A stretch of DNA of 64,000 nt from Microbacterium arborescens (GTDB lineage: Bacteria > Actinomycetota > Actinomycetes > Actinomycetales > Microbacteriaceae): positions 19,715 to 83,714 of the forward strand of contig JAQIJE010000008.1 of the NCBI GenBank assembly GCA_036946435.1, read 5' to 3'. The notes under the pieces were generated by a model. That model saw only the letters and a list, made by a program, of their open reading frames with translations. It was not told the origin of the DNA and did no database searches. The position numbers and the translations under genes are program-made. Numbering within the stretch: the first letter of the stretch is position 1; each line of letters opens with the position of its first letter. Positions 21,569-34,508 of this stretch are shown here, one piece after another.

Positions 21569-22597
21569 ATGAAGATCGGCATCCTCACCAGCGGCGGCGA
21601 CTGCCCCGGACTCAACGCTGTCATCCGAGGCGTCGTGCTCAAGGGCACCACCTCGTACAACATCGAGTTCGTCGGCATCCGCGACGGTTGGCGCGGCGTC
21701 GTCGACGGCGACTTCTTCCCGCTGACCCGCCACGAGGTCAAGGGCCTGTCGAAGGTCGGCGGCACGATCCTCGGCACCAGCCGTACGAACCCCTACGAAG
21801 GACCGCGCGGCGGCGCCGAGAACATCGCGGCGACCCTCGACAAGCACCGCATCGACGGCATCATCGCCATCGGCGGCGAGGGCACCCTCGCGGCGGCGAA
21901 CCGCCTCGCGAACGACGGCATCAACGTGCTCGGCGTGCCCAAGACGATCGACAACGACCTCAAGGCCACCGATTACTCGTTCGGCTTCGACACGGCGGTC
22001 AACATCGCCACCGACGCGATGGACCGCCTGCGCACCACCGGCGACTCGCACCAGCGCTGCATGGTCGCCGAGGTCATGGGCCGCCACGTGGGCTGGATCG
22101 CCCTGCACGCCGGCATCGCCGCGGGCGCTCACGTCATCTGCATCCCCGAGGTGCCGATGTCGATCGAGGAGATCACCGCCCAGGTGACGAAGGCCTTCGA
22201 CCGCGGCCGCGCGCCCCTGGTCGTCGTGTCCGAGGGCTTCAAGCTCACGGGCCAGGACGAGGCGTTCAGCGACAAGGGCCTCGACGCGTTCAACCGTCCC
22301 CGCCTCGGCGGCATCAGCGAGGTGCTCGCGCCTGAGATCGAGCGGCTCACCGGCATCGAGACGCGCGCCACCGTGCTCGGTCACATCCAGCGCGGCGGGT
22401 CGCCCTCCGCGTTCGACCGCGTCCTGGCCACGCGTCTGGGGCTGGCGGCCGCCGACGCGCTCGTCGACGGCGCCTGGGGCCAGATGGTGTCGCTCAAGGG
22501 CACCGACATCGTGCGCGTCTCGTTCGACGAAGCGCTCGGCGAGCTCAACACGGTTCCGCTGTACCGCTACGAAGAGGCCGCCGCGCTCTTCGGCTGA
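21569..22597 (+). CDS. pfkA: 6-phosphofructokinase
   Basis: LTSGGDCPGLNAVIR, GGTILGTSR, PKTIDND, EVMGRH, LGHIQRGG. Confidence 0.97.
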   Translation: MKIGILTSGGDCPGLNAVIRGVVLKGTTSYNIEFVGIRDGWRGVVDGDFFPLTRHEVKGLSKVGGTILGTSRTNPYEGPRGGAENIAATLDKHRIDGIIAIGGEGTLAAANRLANDGINVLGVPKTIDNDLKATDYSFGFDTAVNIATDAMDRLRTTGDSHQRCMVAEVMGRHVGWIALHAGIAAGAHVICIPEVPMSIEEITAQVTKAFDRGRAPLVVVSEGFKLTGQDEAFSDKGLDAFNRPRLGGISEVLAPEIERLTGIETRATVLGHIQRGGSPSAFDRVLATRLGLAAADALVDGAWGQMVSLKGTDIVRVSFDEALGELNTVPLYRYEEAAALFG

Positions 22598-22688
22598 TCT
22601 GCGCAGCGCCGTTCCCGACCGCGCCCGTCGCCGCTTCCCGCGTGCGCCGGGCGCGGTCGTTTTTCGTACCGGGGCCGATGCGCCGTCG

Positions 22689-24080
22689 TCAGCGCACGCG
22701 GGCACGCGAGCGGATGACGGATCCGAGCGACGCGCGCAACGGCTGGCCGACGTAGATGCCGAGCGAGGCGCCCACCGCCAGGGCGATGCCGATCGTCGCG
22801 GCGCCGGCGAGCGTGGTGAAGCCGGCGAGCAGCGTCGAGGCGCTGTCGCCGGACTCCACGATGCCGAGGAGACCGCGGAACACGGCCGCTCCGGGGACGA
22901 GCGGAAGGATGGCCGCCGTGGTGATCGCCACCGACGGCACGTGCAGCCGGTAGGCCGCGACGATCCCGACGAGGCTGCCGACGAACGCCCCGACGCCGCT
23001 CGCCGCCGCGGTGTCGAACCCGATCGACGACGCCGCGATGTAGCCGAGCCAGGCGACGACGCTCAGCGCGACGCTCACGACGATGATCCGCAGCCCCGCG
23101 CCGTTGAAGACCGCCACGGCCAGGGCGATCAGGCCGGCGCCGAGGAACTGCAGCGCGACGGGGCCGAGCGGGAGCGCCGAGGTGGGCGCCTCCAGGCCCA
23201 GGCCGATCACGCGCGCGGTCTCGATGCCGACGAGGATGCCGAGCACCACGCCGAGGGTCTGCGTCATGAGCTCCAGGATCCGCCCCATCGCCGTCAGCGC
23301 GAATCCGTCGATGGCGTCCTGGGCGGCACCGACGACGGTGAGGCCCGCGAGCATCAGCACGATGCCCGAGGCAACGATGACCGACGGGCGCATCGTCATC
23401 GCGGCCTCCCAGCCCGTCGCGCGCAGCAGCGGTGACGCGGCCGCGACGATCGTGAGAACGAACGCACCGGCGATCTGGCTGAAGAAGAAGGGAACGCGCG
23501 CCCGTCCCAGCAGGAACTGGGTGAACGCCGCCGAGCCGGCGGCGAGGAACGACAGCAGGATGGCGAGCCAGTTGGCCCCGAACATCACCGCGACCCCGAC
23601 CGCGAGGAGGGCCTGGGATGCCACGACGACGGGCTGGTGGTAGCGGAAGGGCGTCCGGCGGATGCCGCGGAAGCGCAGCGCGGCGGCATCCAAGGGCAGC
23701 CCGGCGCGGATCTCGGTCACGAGCGCCTGCAGTCGCTGCAGGCGGGCGTGGTCGGGGGCCGCTCCGCGCACGACGCGCATCAGCGTGATCGGACGGTCGT
23801 CGCCGCTCCGGTGGTGTGCGACGGTGATCGAGTTGTAGGTCACGTCGACGTGGACCGGATCGAGTCCGTACATCCCCGCGACCCGCACGATCGTCAGTGT
23901 CACCTCGCTCGCGGGAGAGCCCGCGACGAGCATCGTCTCTCCGATCCGGATCGCGAGATCGAGCACCCGCACGGCGAACGCGTCGTCGATCACGGGGAGC
24001 GCCTCTGTCAGAGGTCCGGTCGAGGCGTCGGCGGTGCGGACGAGTGCGTTCAACGACGCGAAGAGCGGCAGGCGTCCCAT
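22689..24080 (-). CDS. thrE: Threonine/serine exporter ThrE family protein
   Basis: IGETMLVAGS..EV, VDVTYNSI, MLAGLTVVGAAQDAIDG, ILPLVPG; about 10 TM helices; TAGGCT -10 before the ATG. Confidence 0.85.
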   Translation of the reverse strand: MGRLPLFASLNALVRTADASTGPLTEALPVIDDAFAVRVLDLAIRIGETMLVAGSPASEVTLTIVRVAGMYGLDPVHVDVTYNSITVAHHRSGDDRPITLMRVVRGAAPDHARLQRLQALVTEIRAGLPLDAAALRFRGIRRTPFRYHQPVVVASQALLAVGVAVMFGANWLAILLSFLAAGSAAFTQFLLGRARVPFFFSQIAGAFVLTIVAAASPLLRATGWEAAMTMRPSVIVASGIVLMLAGLTVVGAAQDAIDGFALTAMGRILELMTQTLGVVLGILVGIETARVIGLGLEAPTSALPLGPVALQFLGAGLIALAVAVFNGAGLRIIVVSVALSVVAWLGYIAASSIGFDTAAASGVGAFVGSLVGIVAAYRLHVPSVAITTAAILPLVPGAAVFRGLLGIVESGDSASTLLAGFTTLAGAATIGIALAVGASLGIYVGQPLRASLGSVIRSRARVR

Positions 24081-24247
24081 GCGGTCCAGCCTAATTCCGC
24101 GCGCCCGCTCCGCGTCGCCGCCGCATCCTCCGCGGCCGTCGTCACATGGCTCCGCACGCATGGGACGCTCCGTAAGATGGGGCGGGCGGGCGCGGCATCC
24201 GGGCGCCCCGGGAGAGTGCGCCGGTTCCGGCATCGGGGAGTACCCAC

Positions 24248-25534
24248 ATGGCATTGATCGTGCAGAAGTACGGCGGCTCGTCCGTCGCCGATGCGGAGAG
24301 CATCAAGCGCGTCGCCAAGCGCATCGTCGACACCCGCCGCGCCGGACACGACGTCGTCGTCGCCGTCAGCGCGATGGGCGACACCACCGACGAGCTGCTC
24401 GAGCTCGCGAATCAGGTCGCCCCCATCCCCGCGCCGCGCGAGCTCGACATGCTCCTCAGCTCGGGCGAGCGCATCTCGATGGCGCTGCTGGCGATGGCGA
24501 TCCATTCGATGGGCTTCGAGGCGCGCTCGTTCACCGGCAGCCAGGCCGGCATGATCACCGACGCCACCCACGGAGCAGCCCGCATCGTCGACGTCACCCC
24601 CGTGCGCCTGCGCGAGGCCCTCGACGAGGGCGCGATCGTCATCGTCGCCGGCTTCCAGGGCTTCAACCGCGACACCCGCGACATCACGACCCTCGGTCGC
24701 GGCGGTTCCGACACGACCGCCGTGGCGCTCGCCGCCGCCCTCTCCGCCGACGTCTGCGAGATCTACAGCGACGTCGACGGCATCTACACGGCCGACCCGC
24801 GGGTCGTGCCCAAGGCCCGCAAGCTCGGCGTCGTCTCGGCGGAGGAGATGCTCGAGCTCGCCGCCAACGGCGCCAAAGTCCTCTACATCCGTGCGGTGGA
24901 GTACGCCCGCCGCCACGGTGTCATGATCAATGCCCGGTCGACGTTCAGCTCCGGTTCCGGCACGTTCGTGCTCGGCCCCGGCATGGCGCTGCCCGAAGGC
25001 CGAAAGGAAGAAGAGATGGAAGAGCCGATCGTCGCGGGCGTCGCCACCGACCTCAGCCAGGCCAAGATCACCGTCATCGGCGTGCCCGACGTGCCCGGCA
25101 AGGCGGCCGAGATCTTCAAGATCGTCGCGAAGTCGGGCGCGAACGTCGACATGATCGTGCAGAACGTCTCGGCGGCCGCGACCGGTCGCACCGACATCTC
25201 GTTCACCCTCCCCAAGACCGACGCCACGCTCGCCCTGCGCGCGCTCGCCGGCGAGCAGTCGCAGGTCGGGTTCGAGAGCCTCGTCCACGACGACCAGATC
25301 GGCAAGCTCTCGGTCGTGGGCGCGGGCATGCGCACGCACTCCGGTGTCTCGGCCACGCTCTTCGAGGCGCTGTCCAACGCCGGCGTCAACCTCGAGATGA
25401 TCTCGACCTCCGAGATCCGCATCTCCGTCATCGTCCGCGGCGACGAGCTCGCCGACGCGGCCCGCATCGTCCACACCGCCTACGGACTCGACGGCGACAC
25501 CGAGGCCGTCGTGTACGCCGGAACCGGACGCTGA
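24248..25534 (+). CDS. ask: Aspartate kinase (alpha subunit)
   Basis: [52 protein letters not shown]. Confidence 0.98.
   Translation: MALIVQKYGGSSVADAESIKRVAKRIVDTRRAGHDVVVAVSAMGDTTDELLELANQVAPIPAPRELDMLLSSGERISMALLAMAIHSMGFEARSFTGSQAGMITDATHGAARIVDVTPVRLREALDEGAIVIVAGFQGFNRDTRDITTLGRGGSDTTAVALAAALSADVCEIYSDVDGIYTADPRVVPKARKLGVVSAEEMLELAANGAKVLYIRAVEYARRHGVMINARSTFSSGSGTFVLGPGMALPEGRKEEEMEEPIVAGVATDLSQAKITVIGVPDVPGKAAEIFKIVAKSGANVDMIVQNVSAAATGRTDISFTLPKTDATLALRALAGEQSQVGFESLVHDDQIGKLSVVGAGMRTHSGVSATLFEALSNAGVNLEMISTSEIRISVIVRGDELADAARIVHTAYGLDGDTEAVVYAGTGR
25016..25534 (+). CDS. Aspartate kinase beta subunit (nested in-frame start)
   Basis: In-frame ATG ([12 protein letters not shown]) preceded by purine-rich AAAGGAAGAAGAG. 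Gives 172 aa, as in the known actinobacterial alpha2beta2 arrangement. Confidence 0.75.
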   Translation: MEEPIVAGVATDLSQAKITVIGVPDVPGKAAEIFKIVAKSGANVDMIVQNVSAAATGRTDISFTLPKTDATLALRALAGEQSQVGFESLVHDDQIGKLSVVGAGMRTHSGVSATLFEALSNAGVNLEMISTSEIRISVIVRGDELADAARIVHTAYGLDGDTEAVVYAGTGR

Positions 25535-25542
25535 GGCCCCGC

Positions 25543-26946
25543 ATGCTGTACATCTCCACACGCGGCGGCTCCGAGCCGCTGTCGTACACCGAGACCCTGC
25601 TTGAGGGCCTGGCCACCGACGGCGGCCTCGCCGTGCCGCAGACGATGCCGACCGTCGCGCCCGAGACGCTCGAGCGCTGGCGCGCCCTGACCTACCCGCA
25701 GCTCGCGACCGAGGTCCTCGGCCTCTTCGCCACCGACATCCCGCGGGACGACCTGGCGCGCATGACCGAGGCGGCGTACGAGCCGTTCCCGGACGCGGTC
25801 GTGCCGCTGCGCGAGATCGGCGACGGCATCACGCTCGTCGGGCTGTCGGAAGGGCCGACGCTGGCGTTCAAGGACATGGCGATGCAGTTTCTCGGACAGG
25901 TCGTCGAGTACGCCCTCGAGCGCACCGGTTCGGTTCTCAACGTGCTGGGCGCGACGTCGGGCGACACGGGCTCGGCCGCCGAGCACGCGCTGCTGGGCAA
26001 GGAGCGCATCGCGGTGTTCATGCTGTCGCCGCACGGACGGATGAGCACATTCCAGCGCGCCCAGATGTTCTCGATCGACGACCCGCGCATCCACAACATC
26101 GCCGTCGACGGGGTGTTCGACGACTGCCAGAACCTCGTCAAGGAGCTCGCGGGCGACCTCGAGCTCAAGCGCGCGCACCACCTGGGCGCGGTCAACTCCA
26201 TCAACCTCGCGCGCATCACGGCGCAGGTCGTCTACTACTTCTGGGGCTGGCTGCGCGCGACGGATGCCGGCGGCACCGCGGAGGTGTCCTTCACCGTCCC
26301 CTCCGGCAACTTCGGCAACATCCTCTCGGGCTTCTACGCGCGCCGCATGGGGCTGCCGATCCGCCGGCTCGTGCTGGCTGCGAACGAAAACAATGTTCTC
26401 GACGACTTCTTCCGGACCGGCATCTACAAGCCCCGGACCGCGGCCGAGACCCTCGCGACCTCGAGCCCCTCGATGGACATCTCCAAGGCGTCCAACCTCG
26501 AGCGGTTCGTGTTCGAGCTCGTCGGACGCGACCCCGAGCGCGTGCTCGGGGCGTGGCGCGACCTCGACGAGCAGGGGTACGCCGATTTCTCGACCGAGCT
26601 CGCCCGGTTCGCCGACGAGTTCGGGATCGTCAGCGGCACCTCGACGCACGACGATCGTCTCGCGACGATCCGCGCTGTCTACGAGTCCTCCGGCGAGATC
26701 ATCGACCCCCATACCGCCGACGGTGTCGGCGTCGCACGCGGCTACGTCCACCCGGGCGAGAAGATGCTCGTGCTCGAGACGGCGAAGCCCGAGAAGTTCG
26801 CCGAGACGATCCGCGAGGCGATCGGCGTCGAGCTGACGTACTCCGACGAGCTGCTCGCGATGCTCGAGGCGCCGCAGCGCGTGGTCGAGCTGCCCGACGA
26901 CGCCCAGGCCCTCCGCGCCTTCATCCGCGAGCACGCACTGAGCTGA
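25543..26946 (+). CDS. thrC: Threonine synthase (long type)
   Basis: MLYISTRG, GLATDGGL, GPTLAFKDMAMQ, ATSGDTGSAA, NSINLARI, VPSGNFGN, DPHTA. Confidence 0.96.
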   Translation: MLYISTRGGSEPLSYTETLLEGLATDGGLAVPQTMPTVAPETLERWRALTYPQLATEVLGLFATDIPRDDLARMTEAAYEPFPDAVVPLREIGDGITLVGLSEGPTLAFKDMAMQFLGQVVEYALERTGSVLNVLGATSGDTGSAAEHALLGKERIAVFMLSPHGRMSTFQRAQMFSIDDPRIHNIAVDGVFDDCQNLVKELAGDLELKRAHHLGAVNSINLARITAQVVYYFWGWLRATDAGGTAEVSFTVPSGNFGNILSGFYARRMGLPIRRLVLAANENNVLDDFFRTGIYKPRTAAETLATSSPSMDISKASNLERFVFELVGRDPERVLGAWRDLDEQGYADFSTELARFADEFGIVSGTSTHDDRLATIRAVYESSGEIIDPHTADGVGVARGYVHPGEKMLVLETAKPEKFAETIREAIGVELTYSDELLAMLEAPQRVVELPDDAQALRAFIREHALS

Positions 26947-27085
26947 GCCCCGCCCACCGCGGCACAGCGGTCGGGTGGCGTTACGTTCGTCGGGCGGCCG
27001 GGGTGGGTGTCGCCTCCGGCGGCCGCCGAGGCATCACCAGCACCATCGGCCCGACGAACGTCACACGGTCCGCGGGCCGGCTGGA

Positions 27086-28297
27086 TCAGCGAGCGGCGCG
27101 CTCCGCGACGATCGCGTCCCAGATCGCCGTGGCGACGGCCGCCTTGCTGCCGGCGGCTTCGGCGAGCACGGCGCCGCCCGTCCCGATGACGGCGACGGAG
27201 TTGTCGCCACTGCCGAAGCCGGTGTCCCATCCCACCTCGTTGACCACGAGCAGGTCGACGCCCTTGCGCTCGCGTTTGCGGCGTGCGCGATCGAGGATGT
27301 CGTCGTCGGCCGTCTCGGCGGCGAAGCCGACGACGGTCTGGCCGTCGCGGCGGGCTGCGGCGAGCCCCGCGAGGATGTCGTCGTTGGGGACGAGGGCGAT
27401 CGTCTCGAGGGGCCCGTCCTCCTTGCGGAGCTTGCGGTCCGAGACGCTTGCGGCACGGTAGTCGGCGACCGCGGCGACCATGATCACGACGTCCGCGGAT
27501 GCCGCGGCATCCGTCATCGCGGCGCCCAGCTGCGCCGCCGTCTCGACGCGTTCGACCCGCACCCGCCGGTCGGCGGACACCGGGTCGAGGACGCCCGCGT
27601 CGACCGCGGCGGCGACGAGCGTGACGGTGGCGCCGCGCCGGACGGCCTCGGCGGCGATCTCGACGCCTTGGCGTCCGCTCGAGCGGTTGCCGAGGAACCG
27701 CACCGGGTCGAGCGGTTCGCGCGTCCCACCCGTCGAGACGGCGACGCGGAGTCCGGTGAGGTCGCCGCCGGCGGGGGAGAGGAGGGCGAGGGCCGCGGCC
27801 GCGATCTCCTCGGGCTCCGACATGCGTCCGGGCCCGCTGTCGCCCCCCGTGAGCGGGCCGTCGGCCGGACCGACGACGTGGACGCCGCGGGCACGGAGCG
27901 TGGCGACGTTCGCGGTCGTCGCAGGATGCCGCCACATCTCGGTGTGCATCGCGGGCGCGACGAGCACCGGCGCGGTCGTGGCGAGCAGGGTCGTGCCGAG
28001 CAGATCGCCGGCGAGCCCCGCGGCCATCGAGGCGAGCGTGTTGGCCGTCGCGGGGGCGACGACGACGAGATCCGCGCTCTGGCCGAGGGCGACGTGGCGC
28101 ACGCGCGACACGTCGTCGTGGACCGATGTCGTCACCGGGTTGCGGCTGATGGCCTCCCACGTGGTGAGACCGATGAACCGGAGCGAGTCGACCGTGGGCA
28201 CGACGTGGACGTCGTGGCCCGCGGTGACGAGCAGACGCACGAGCTGGACGCTTTTGTAGGCGGCGATGCCCCCGCTGACCCCGACTACGATGAACAT
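27086..28297 (-). CDS. coaBC: Phosphopantothenoylcysteine decarboxylase/ligase
   Basis: GVSGGIAAYK, APATAN, APAMHTEMW, GGTREPLDPVRFLGNRSSGRQG, VGFAAET. Confidence 0.97.
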   Translation of the reverse strand: MFIVVGVSGGIAAYKSVQLVRLLVTAGHDVHVVPTVDSLRFIGLTTWEAISRNPVTTSVHDDVSRVRHVALGQSADLVVVAPATANTLASMAAGLAGDLLGTTLLATTAPVLVAPAMHTEMWRHPATTANVATLRARGVHVVGPADGPLTGGDSGPGRMSEPEEIAAAALALLSPAGGDLTGLRVAVSTGGTREPLDPVRFLGNRSSGRQGVEIAAEAVRRGATVTLVAAAVDAGVLDPVSADRRVRVERVETAAQLGAAMTDAAASADVVIMVAAVADYRAASVSDRKLRKEDGPLETIALVPNDDILAGLAAARRDGQTVVGFAAETADDDILDRARRKRERKGVDLLVVNEVGWDTGFGSGDNSVAVIGTGGAVLAEAAGSKAAVATAIWDAIVAERAAR

Positions 28298-28367
28298 GCC
28301 CCGATCCTCCCACGGCCCCCGGTCGGGAGCCGAGAGCGAACGCCGGGAGCCGGGACCGGAAGACGCC

Positions 28368-30237
<1,870 letters not shown>

Positions 30238-30280
30238 GCCGCGGGATCCGCCCGGTCGGGCGGGGATAGACTGGTGCATC

Positions 30281-31753
30281 GTGAGTGAAAAGGTCGACGT
30301 CGTCCTCATCGGCGGTGGCATCATGAGTGCCACCCTCGGCGCGCTGCTGAAGCAGCTCCAGCCCGACTGGAAGATCGAGGTGCACGAGCGGCTCTCGGAT
30401 GTCGCGCAGGAGAGCTCGAACGCGTGGAACAACGCCGGCACGGGCCATGCGGCCCTGTGCGAGCTGAACTACATGCCCGAGGCGCCCGACGGATCGGTCG
30501 ATCCCGGCAAGGCGATCACGATCAACGAGCAGTTCCAGCAGAGCCGTCAGCTGTGGACCTCGCTCATCGAGCTCGGCATCCTCGACGAGCCGTCCACCTT
30601 CATCAACTCCGCCCCGCACATGACGTTCGTCCGCGGTGAGAAGGACGTGGCGTACCTCAAGAAGCGCTACGAGGCCCTGAAGGACCAGCCGCTGTTCGCC
30701 GGCATCGAGTACTCCGAGGACTCCCGCGTCATCAACCAGTGGGCGCCCCTGCTCATGCAGCAGCGGCGCAAGGGCGAGCCGTTCGCCGCGACACGTGTGC
30801 CCGCGGGCACCGACGTCGACTTCGGCGCGCTCACCCGGCAGTTGTTCGCGCACCTGCAGGATCACGGTGTCGAGCTCATCACCGACCGCGAGGTGCGCAC
30901 CCTGACCCGTCAGAAGGACGGCTCGTGGCGCGTCTTCTGGCGCAACCGCCTCGGCCGCACGCCCGGGCACACCGACGCGCGGTTCGTGTTCGTCGGCGCG
31001 GGCGGCTGGGCGCTCAAGCTCCTGCAGAAGTCGGGGATCCCCGAGATCCAGGGCTACGGCGTGTTCCCCATCGGGGGGCAGTTCCTCAAGACCACCAACC
31101 CCGCGATCGTCGCGCAGCACAAGGCGAAGGTCTACTCGCAGGCATCCGTCGGAGCACCGCCGATGTCGGTGCCGCACCTCGACACCCGCGTCGTCGACGG
31201 CGAGGCCTCGCTGCTCTTCGGCCCCTTCGCGACGTTCAGCCCCAAGTTCCTCAAGAACGGCCGCATCACCGACATCGTCGCGCAGGTGCGTCCGCACAAC
31301 CTCGTGCCGATGCTCAAGGTCGCCGTCGACAACCCGAGCCTCATCTCGTACCTCGTCGGCGAGCTGGTCAAGACCCACCGCAAGAAGGTCGACTCGCTGC
31401 GCGTGTTCATGCCGACCGCGAAGGACGAGGACTGGGAGCTCATCCAGGCCGGTCAGCGCGCGCAGGTCATGAAGAAGGACCCGAAGAAGGGCGGCGTGCT
31501 GCAGTTCGGCACCGAGGTCGTCACGTCGGCCGACGGCTCGATCGCGGGCCTGCTCGGCGCCTCGCCGGGTGCCTCCACGGCCGTGTCGATCATGCTCGGG
31601 CTGCTGAAGACGTGCTTCCCCGATCGCATCGACGGCTGGGAGGTCGAGCTGAAGAAGCTCATCCCCAGCTACGGGCAGCCGCTCAACCCTCGGGGCGAGG
31701 CGGCGCGCGCGTCGGTCGAGGCGACCGCCGACGCGCTGTCGATCAACCCCTGA
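30281..31753 (+). CDS. mqo: Malate:quinone oxidoreductase
   Basis: IGGGIMSATL, ESSNAWNNAGTGHAALCELNY, MSVPHLDTR, LLGASPGAS. Confidence 0.97.
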   Translation: MSEKVDVVLIGGGIMSATLGALLKQLQPDWKIEVHERLSDVAQESSNAWNNAGTGHAALCELNYMPEAPDGSVDPGKAITINEQFQQSRQLWTSLIELGILDEPSTFINSAPHMTFVRGEKDVAYLKKRYEALKDQPLFAGIEYSEDSRVINQWAPLLMQQRRKGEPFAATRVPAGTDVDFGALTRQLFAHLQDHGVELITDREVRTLTRQKDGSWRVFWRNRLGRTPGHTDARFVFVGAGGWALKLLQKSGIPEIQGYGVFPIGGQFLKTTNPAIVAQHKAKVYSQASVGAPPMSVPHLDTRVVDGEASLLFGPFATFSPKFLKNGRITDIVAQVRPHNLVPMLKVAVDNPSLISYLVGELVKTHRKKVDSLRVFMPTAKDEDWELIQAGQRAQVMKKDPKKGGVLQFGTEVVTSADGSIAGLLGASPGASTAVSIMLGLLKTCFPDRIDGWEVELKKLIPSYGQPLNPRGEAARASVEATADALSINP

Positions 31754-31758
31754 CGGGC

Positions 31759-32373
31759 ATGGCGAAGCTCTACTTCCGCTACGGGGCGATGAACTCCGGC
31801 AAGTCGACCGCGCTGTTGCAGGCGGCCTACAACTACGAGGAACGCGGCCAGCATGTGCTGCTCGCCAAGCCCGAGATCGACACGAAGGGCGCCGGCCAGA
31901 TCGCGAGCCGTCTGGGCATGCAGCGCGACGTCGACTTCCTCGTCGCGGCCGACGACGACCTGCGTGCGGTGTTCGCCCGACACCGCGGACGGGTCCGAGC
32001 CGAAGAGGGGACGGATGTCGCGTGCCTCCTCGTCGACGAGGCGCAGTTCCTGACATCCGCTCAGATCGACGACCTCTTGCGCATCGTGGTCGAGGAGAAC
32101 GTCCCCGTGCTCGCGTACGGCATCCGCACCGATTTCCAGACCCGGGCGTTCCCGGGGTCGGCGCGCTTGATGGAGCTCTCGCACAGCCTCGAGGAGCTCA
32201 AGACGATCTGCCGGTGCGGACGCAAGGCACTGTTCAACGCTCGGCTCGTGGGCGGGCGTTTCGTCTTCGAAGGCGATCAGGTCGCGATCGACGAGTTCAC
32301 CGCCGACCGGGTCACCTACGAGTCGATGTGCGCGGAGTGCTATCTGCGCGAGTCGGGCGGCCGCCTCGCCTGA
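31759..32373 (+). CDS. tdk: Thymidine kinase
   Basis: MAKLYFRYGAMNSGKST, LVDEAQFL, YGIRTDF, ELKTICRCG. Confidence 0.96.
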   Translation: MAKLYFRYGAMNSGKSTALLQAAYNYEERGQHVLLAKPEIDTKGAGQIASRLGMQRDVDFLVAADDDLRAVFARHRGRVRAEEGTDVACLLVDEAQFLTSAQIDDLLRIVVEENVPVLAYGIRTDFQTRAFPGSARLMELSHSLEELKTICRCGRKALFNARLVGGRFVFEGDQVAIDEFTADRVTYESMCAECYLRESGGRLA

Positions 32374-32406
32374 GACGTTTCATCTCCTCGTGTCCAGCGC
32401 TTTGCG

Positions 32407-32440
32407 CGGTCTGACCACAAGATGTACAGTGGTCCGGCCA
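32407..32440. promoter_or_regulatory. Two FadR/LldR-type operator boxes flanking a -10 (TACAGT)
   Basis: CGGTCTGACCA (32407-32417) and TGGTCCGGCCA (32430-32440) match the TGGTCNGACCA-type FadR box and lie upstream of the regulator. Confidence 0.7.
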
Positions 32441-32457
32441 CGAAGGAGAGGGGCGTC

Positions 32458-33177
32458 ATGGCTGACGAGACCCCGGCGCGCGCTTGGCGCGTCGTACTGG
32501 AGAAGATCGAGTCCGATCTTCTCGCCGGCAAGCTCGGTCCCGGAGACCGCCTGCCCTCGGAACGCGATCTGGTCGCGCAGCTGGGCGTCGGCCGCTCCAG
32601 CGTGCGCGAAGCGCTGCGCGTGCTCGAGGTCATGGGCCTCATCCGCACGGCGACCGGCTCAGGACCGAGCGCGGGCGCGATCGTCGTGGCACGACCCTCG
32701 GGAGGCATGCAGGCGCTGCTGAAACTGCAGGTCGCCGCTCAAGGGTTCGCGATTTCCGACGTCGTGAGCACCCGTGTGCTGCTCGAGGACTGGGTGGCCG
32801 CCCAGCTCGCGGGGGGCGACGGGATCGACCTCGACACCGCACGCGAGGCGTTGACGGCGATGGATGCCGCCGGCCTCACGCCCGCCGATTTCCTCGCTCT
32901 CGACGCGCAGTTCCACGTCGCGCTGGCCGAGGCCTCGGGCAACGAGGTCGTGGCGGCCATGATGGCCGGCCTGCGTTCGTCGATCGAGGACTACGTGCTC
33001 GAGGGCGCGGCGCGCATCCCCGACTGGGAGAGCACCGCCGAGCGCCTGCGTACCGAGCACAAGGCGATCGTGCAGGCGATCGACGAGAACCGGGTCGCGG
33101 ATGCCCGCGCCGCCGTCCACGACCACATCACCGGTTATTACGCGTCGGCCAACCCGGTGCGCCCCGAATCCGCCTGA
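32458..33177 (+). CDS. lldR: FadR/GntR regulator (LldR-like)
   Basis: GDRLPSERDL..LGVGRSSVREAL HTH plus FCD domain; directly upstream of the lactate dehydrogenase. Confidence 0.85.
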   Translation: MADETPARAWRVVLEKIESDLLAGKLGPGDRLPSERDLVAQLGVGRSSVREALRVLEVMGLIRTATGSGPSAGAIVVARPSGGMQALLKLQVAAQGFAISDVVSTRVLLEDWVAAQLAGGDGIDLDTAREALTAMDAAGLTPADFLALDAQFHVALAEASGNEVVAAMMAGLRSSIEDYVLEGAARIPDWESTAERLRTEHKAIVQAIDENRVADARAAVHDHITGYYASANPVRPESA

Positions 33178-33231
33178 GCCGCCCGTCCGGCACCACCCAT
33201 CCCGGCGATCGCGCCGGAACCGAGGAGAGAC

Positions 33232-34491
33232 ATGGTCACCCGTCAGCTGCCGAAGATCCCCGAACTGCTCGAGCTCATGCAGTTCAAGGCGCCCGACCTC
33301 AACGGGCGCCGCCGCCGTCTGAGCGCCGCGCTCACGATCGACGACCTGCGCACCATCGCGCAGCGTCGCACGCCCAAGGCGGCGTTCGACTACACCGACG
33401 GCGCCGCCGAGGGCGAGATCTCCCTCGGGCGGGCGCGTCAGGCGTTCCAGGACATCGAGTTCCACCCCGACATCCTGCGTCCGGCGGAGTCGGTGGACAT
33501 GTCCACCGAGATCCTCGGGGGCCGCTCGGCACTGCCGTTCGGCATCGCACCGACCGGATTCACCCGCCTCATGCAGACCGAGGGAGAGAGCGCCGGCGCC
33601 TCCGCGGCCGGGGCCGCCGGCATCCCGTTCACGCTGTCGACGCTCGGCACGACCTCGATCGAGGGCGTCCGTGCGGCCAACCCCCACGGCCGAAACTGGT
33701 TCCAGCTGTACGTCATGCGCGACCGCGAGATCTCGTACGGCCTCGTGGAGCGCGCCGCTCGGGCCGGCTTCGACACGCTCATGTTCACCGTCGACACCCC
33801 CGTCGCCGGTGCGCGCCTGCGCGACAAGCGGAACGGATTCTCGATCCCGCCCGCGCTCACGGTCGGCACGATCGTCAACGCCATCCCTCGACCGTGGTGG
33901 TGGATCGACTTCCTCACCACCCCGAAGCTCGAGTTCGCCTCGCTCACCACCACCGGCGGCACGGTGGGGGAGCTGCTGAACTCCGCGATGGACCCGACGA
34001 TCAGCTACGAGGACCTCGAGGTCATCCGGGGCCTGTGGCCGGGGAAGATCGTCATCAAGGGCGTGCAGAACGTCGCGGACTCGAAGCGGCTCATCGACCT
34101 CGGCGTCGACGGCATCGTGCTCTCGAATCACGGCGGACGCCAGCTCGACCGCGCTCCCGTGCCGTTCCACCTGCTGCCGGAGGTCGTCCGCGAGGTCGGC
34201 AAGGACGCGACGGTCATGGTCGACACCGGCATCATGAACGGTGCGGATGTCGTGGCATCCGTCGCGCTCGGCGCGAAGTTCACGCTCATCGGTCGTGCAT
34301 ACCTCTACGGCCTCATGGCCGGAGGGCGTCAGGGTGTCGACCGCACCATAGCGATCCTGCGTAGCGAGATCGAGCGCACGATGCAGCTTCTGGGCGTCTC
34401 GAGCCTCGAGGAGCTCGAGCCGCGGCACGTGACGCAGCTCCAGCGCCTCGCCCCCATCGCCCGAACCACCCGCACCCGCACGCGCGCCTGA
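33232..34491 (+). CDS. lldD: FMN-dependent L-lactate dehydrogenase (alpha-hydroxy acid oxidase family)
   Basis: [40 protein letters not shown]. Confidence 0.9.
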   Translation: MVTRQLPKIPELLELMQFKAPDLNGRRRRLSAALTIDDLRTIAQRRTPKAAFDYTDGAAEGEISLGRARQAFQDIEFHPDILRPAESVDMSTEILGGRSALPFGIAPTGFTRLMQTEGESAGASAAGAAGIPFTLSTLGTTSIEGVRAANPHGRNWFQLYVMRDREISYGLVERAARAGFDTLMFTVDTPVAGARLRDKRNGFSIPPALTVGTIVNAIPRPWWWIDFLTTPKLEFASLTTTGGTVGELLNSAMDPTISYEDLEVIRGLWPGKIVIKGVQNVADSKRLIDLGVDGIVLSNHGGRQLDRAPVPFHLLPEVVREVGKDATVMVDTGIMNGADVVASVALGAKFTLIGRAYLYGLMAGGRQGVDRTIAILRSEIERTMQLLGVSSLEELEPRHVTQLQRLAPIARTTRTRTRA

Positions 34492-34508
34492 CCGGCCGGC
34501 TCCGATAG

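Noticed and set aside
24034-26946. 970-aa ORF as a ThrC fusion (likewise 13287-15056, 51495-53693, 52973-55243, 30739-32373)
   Set aside because: The N-terminal parts are Arg-rich off-frame readings of upstream genes; the real starts lie downstream.
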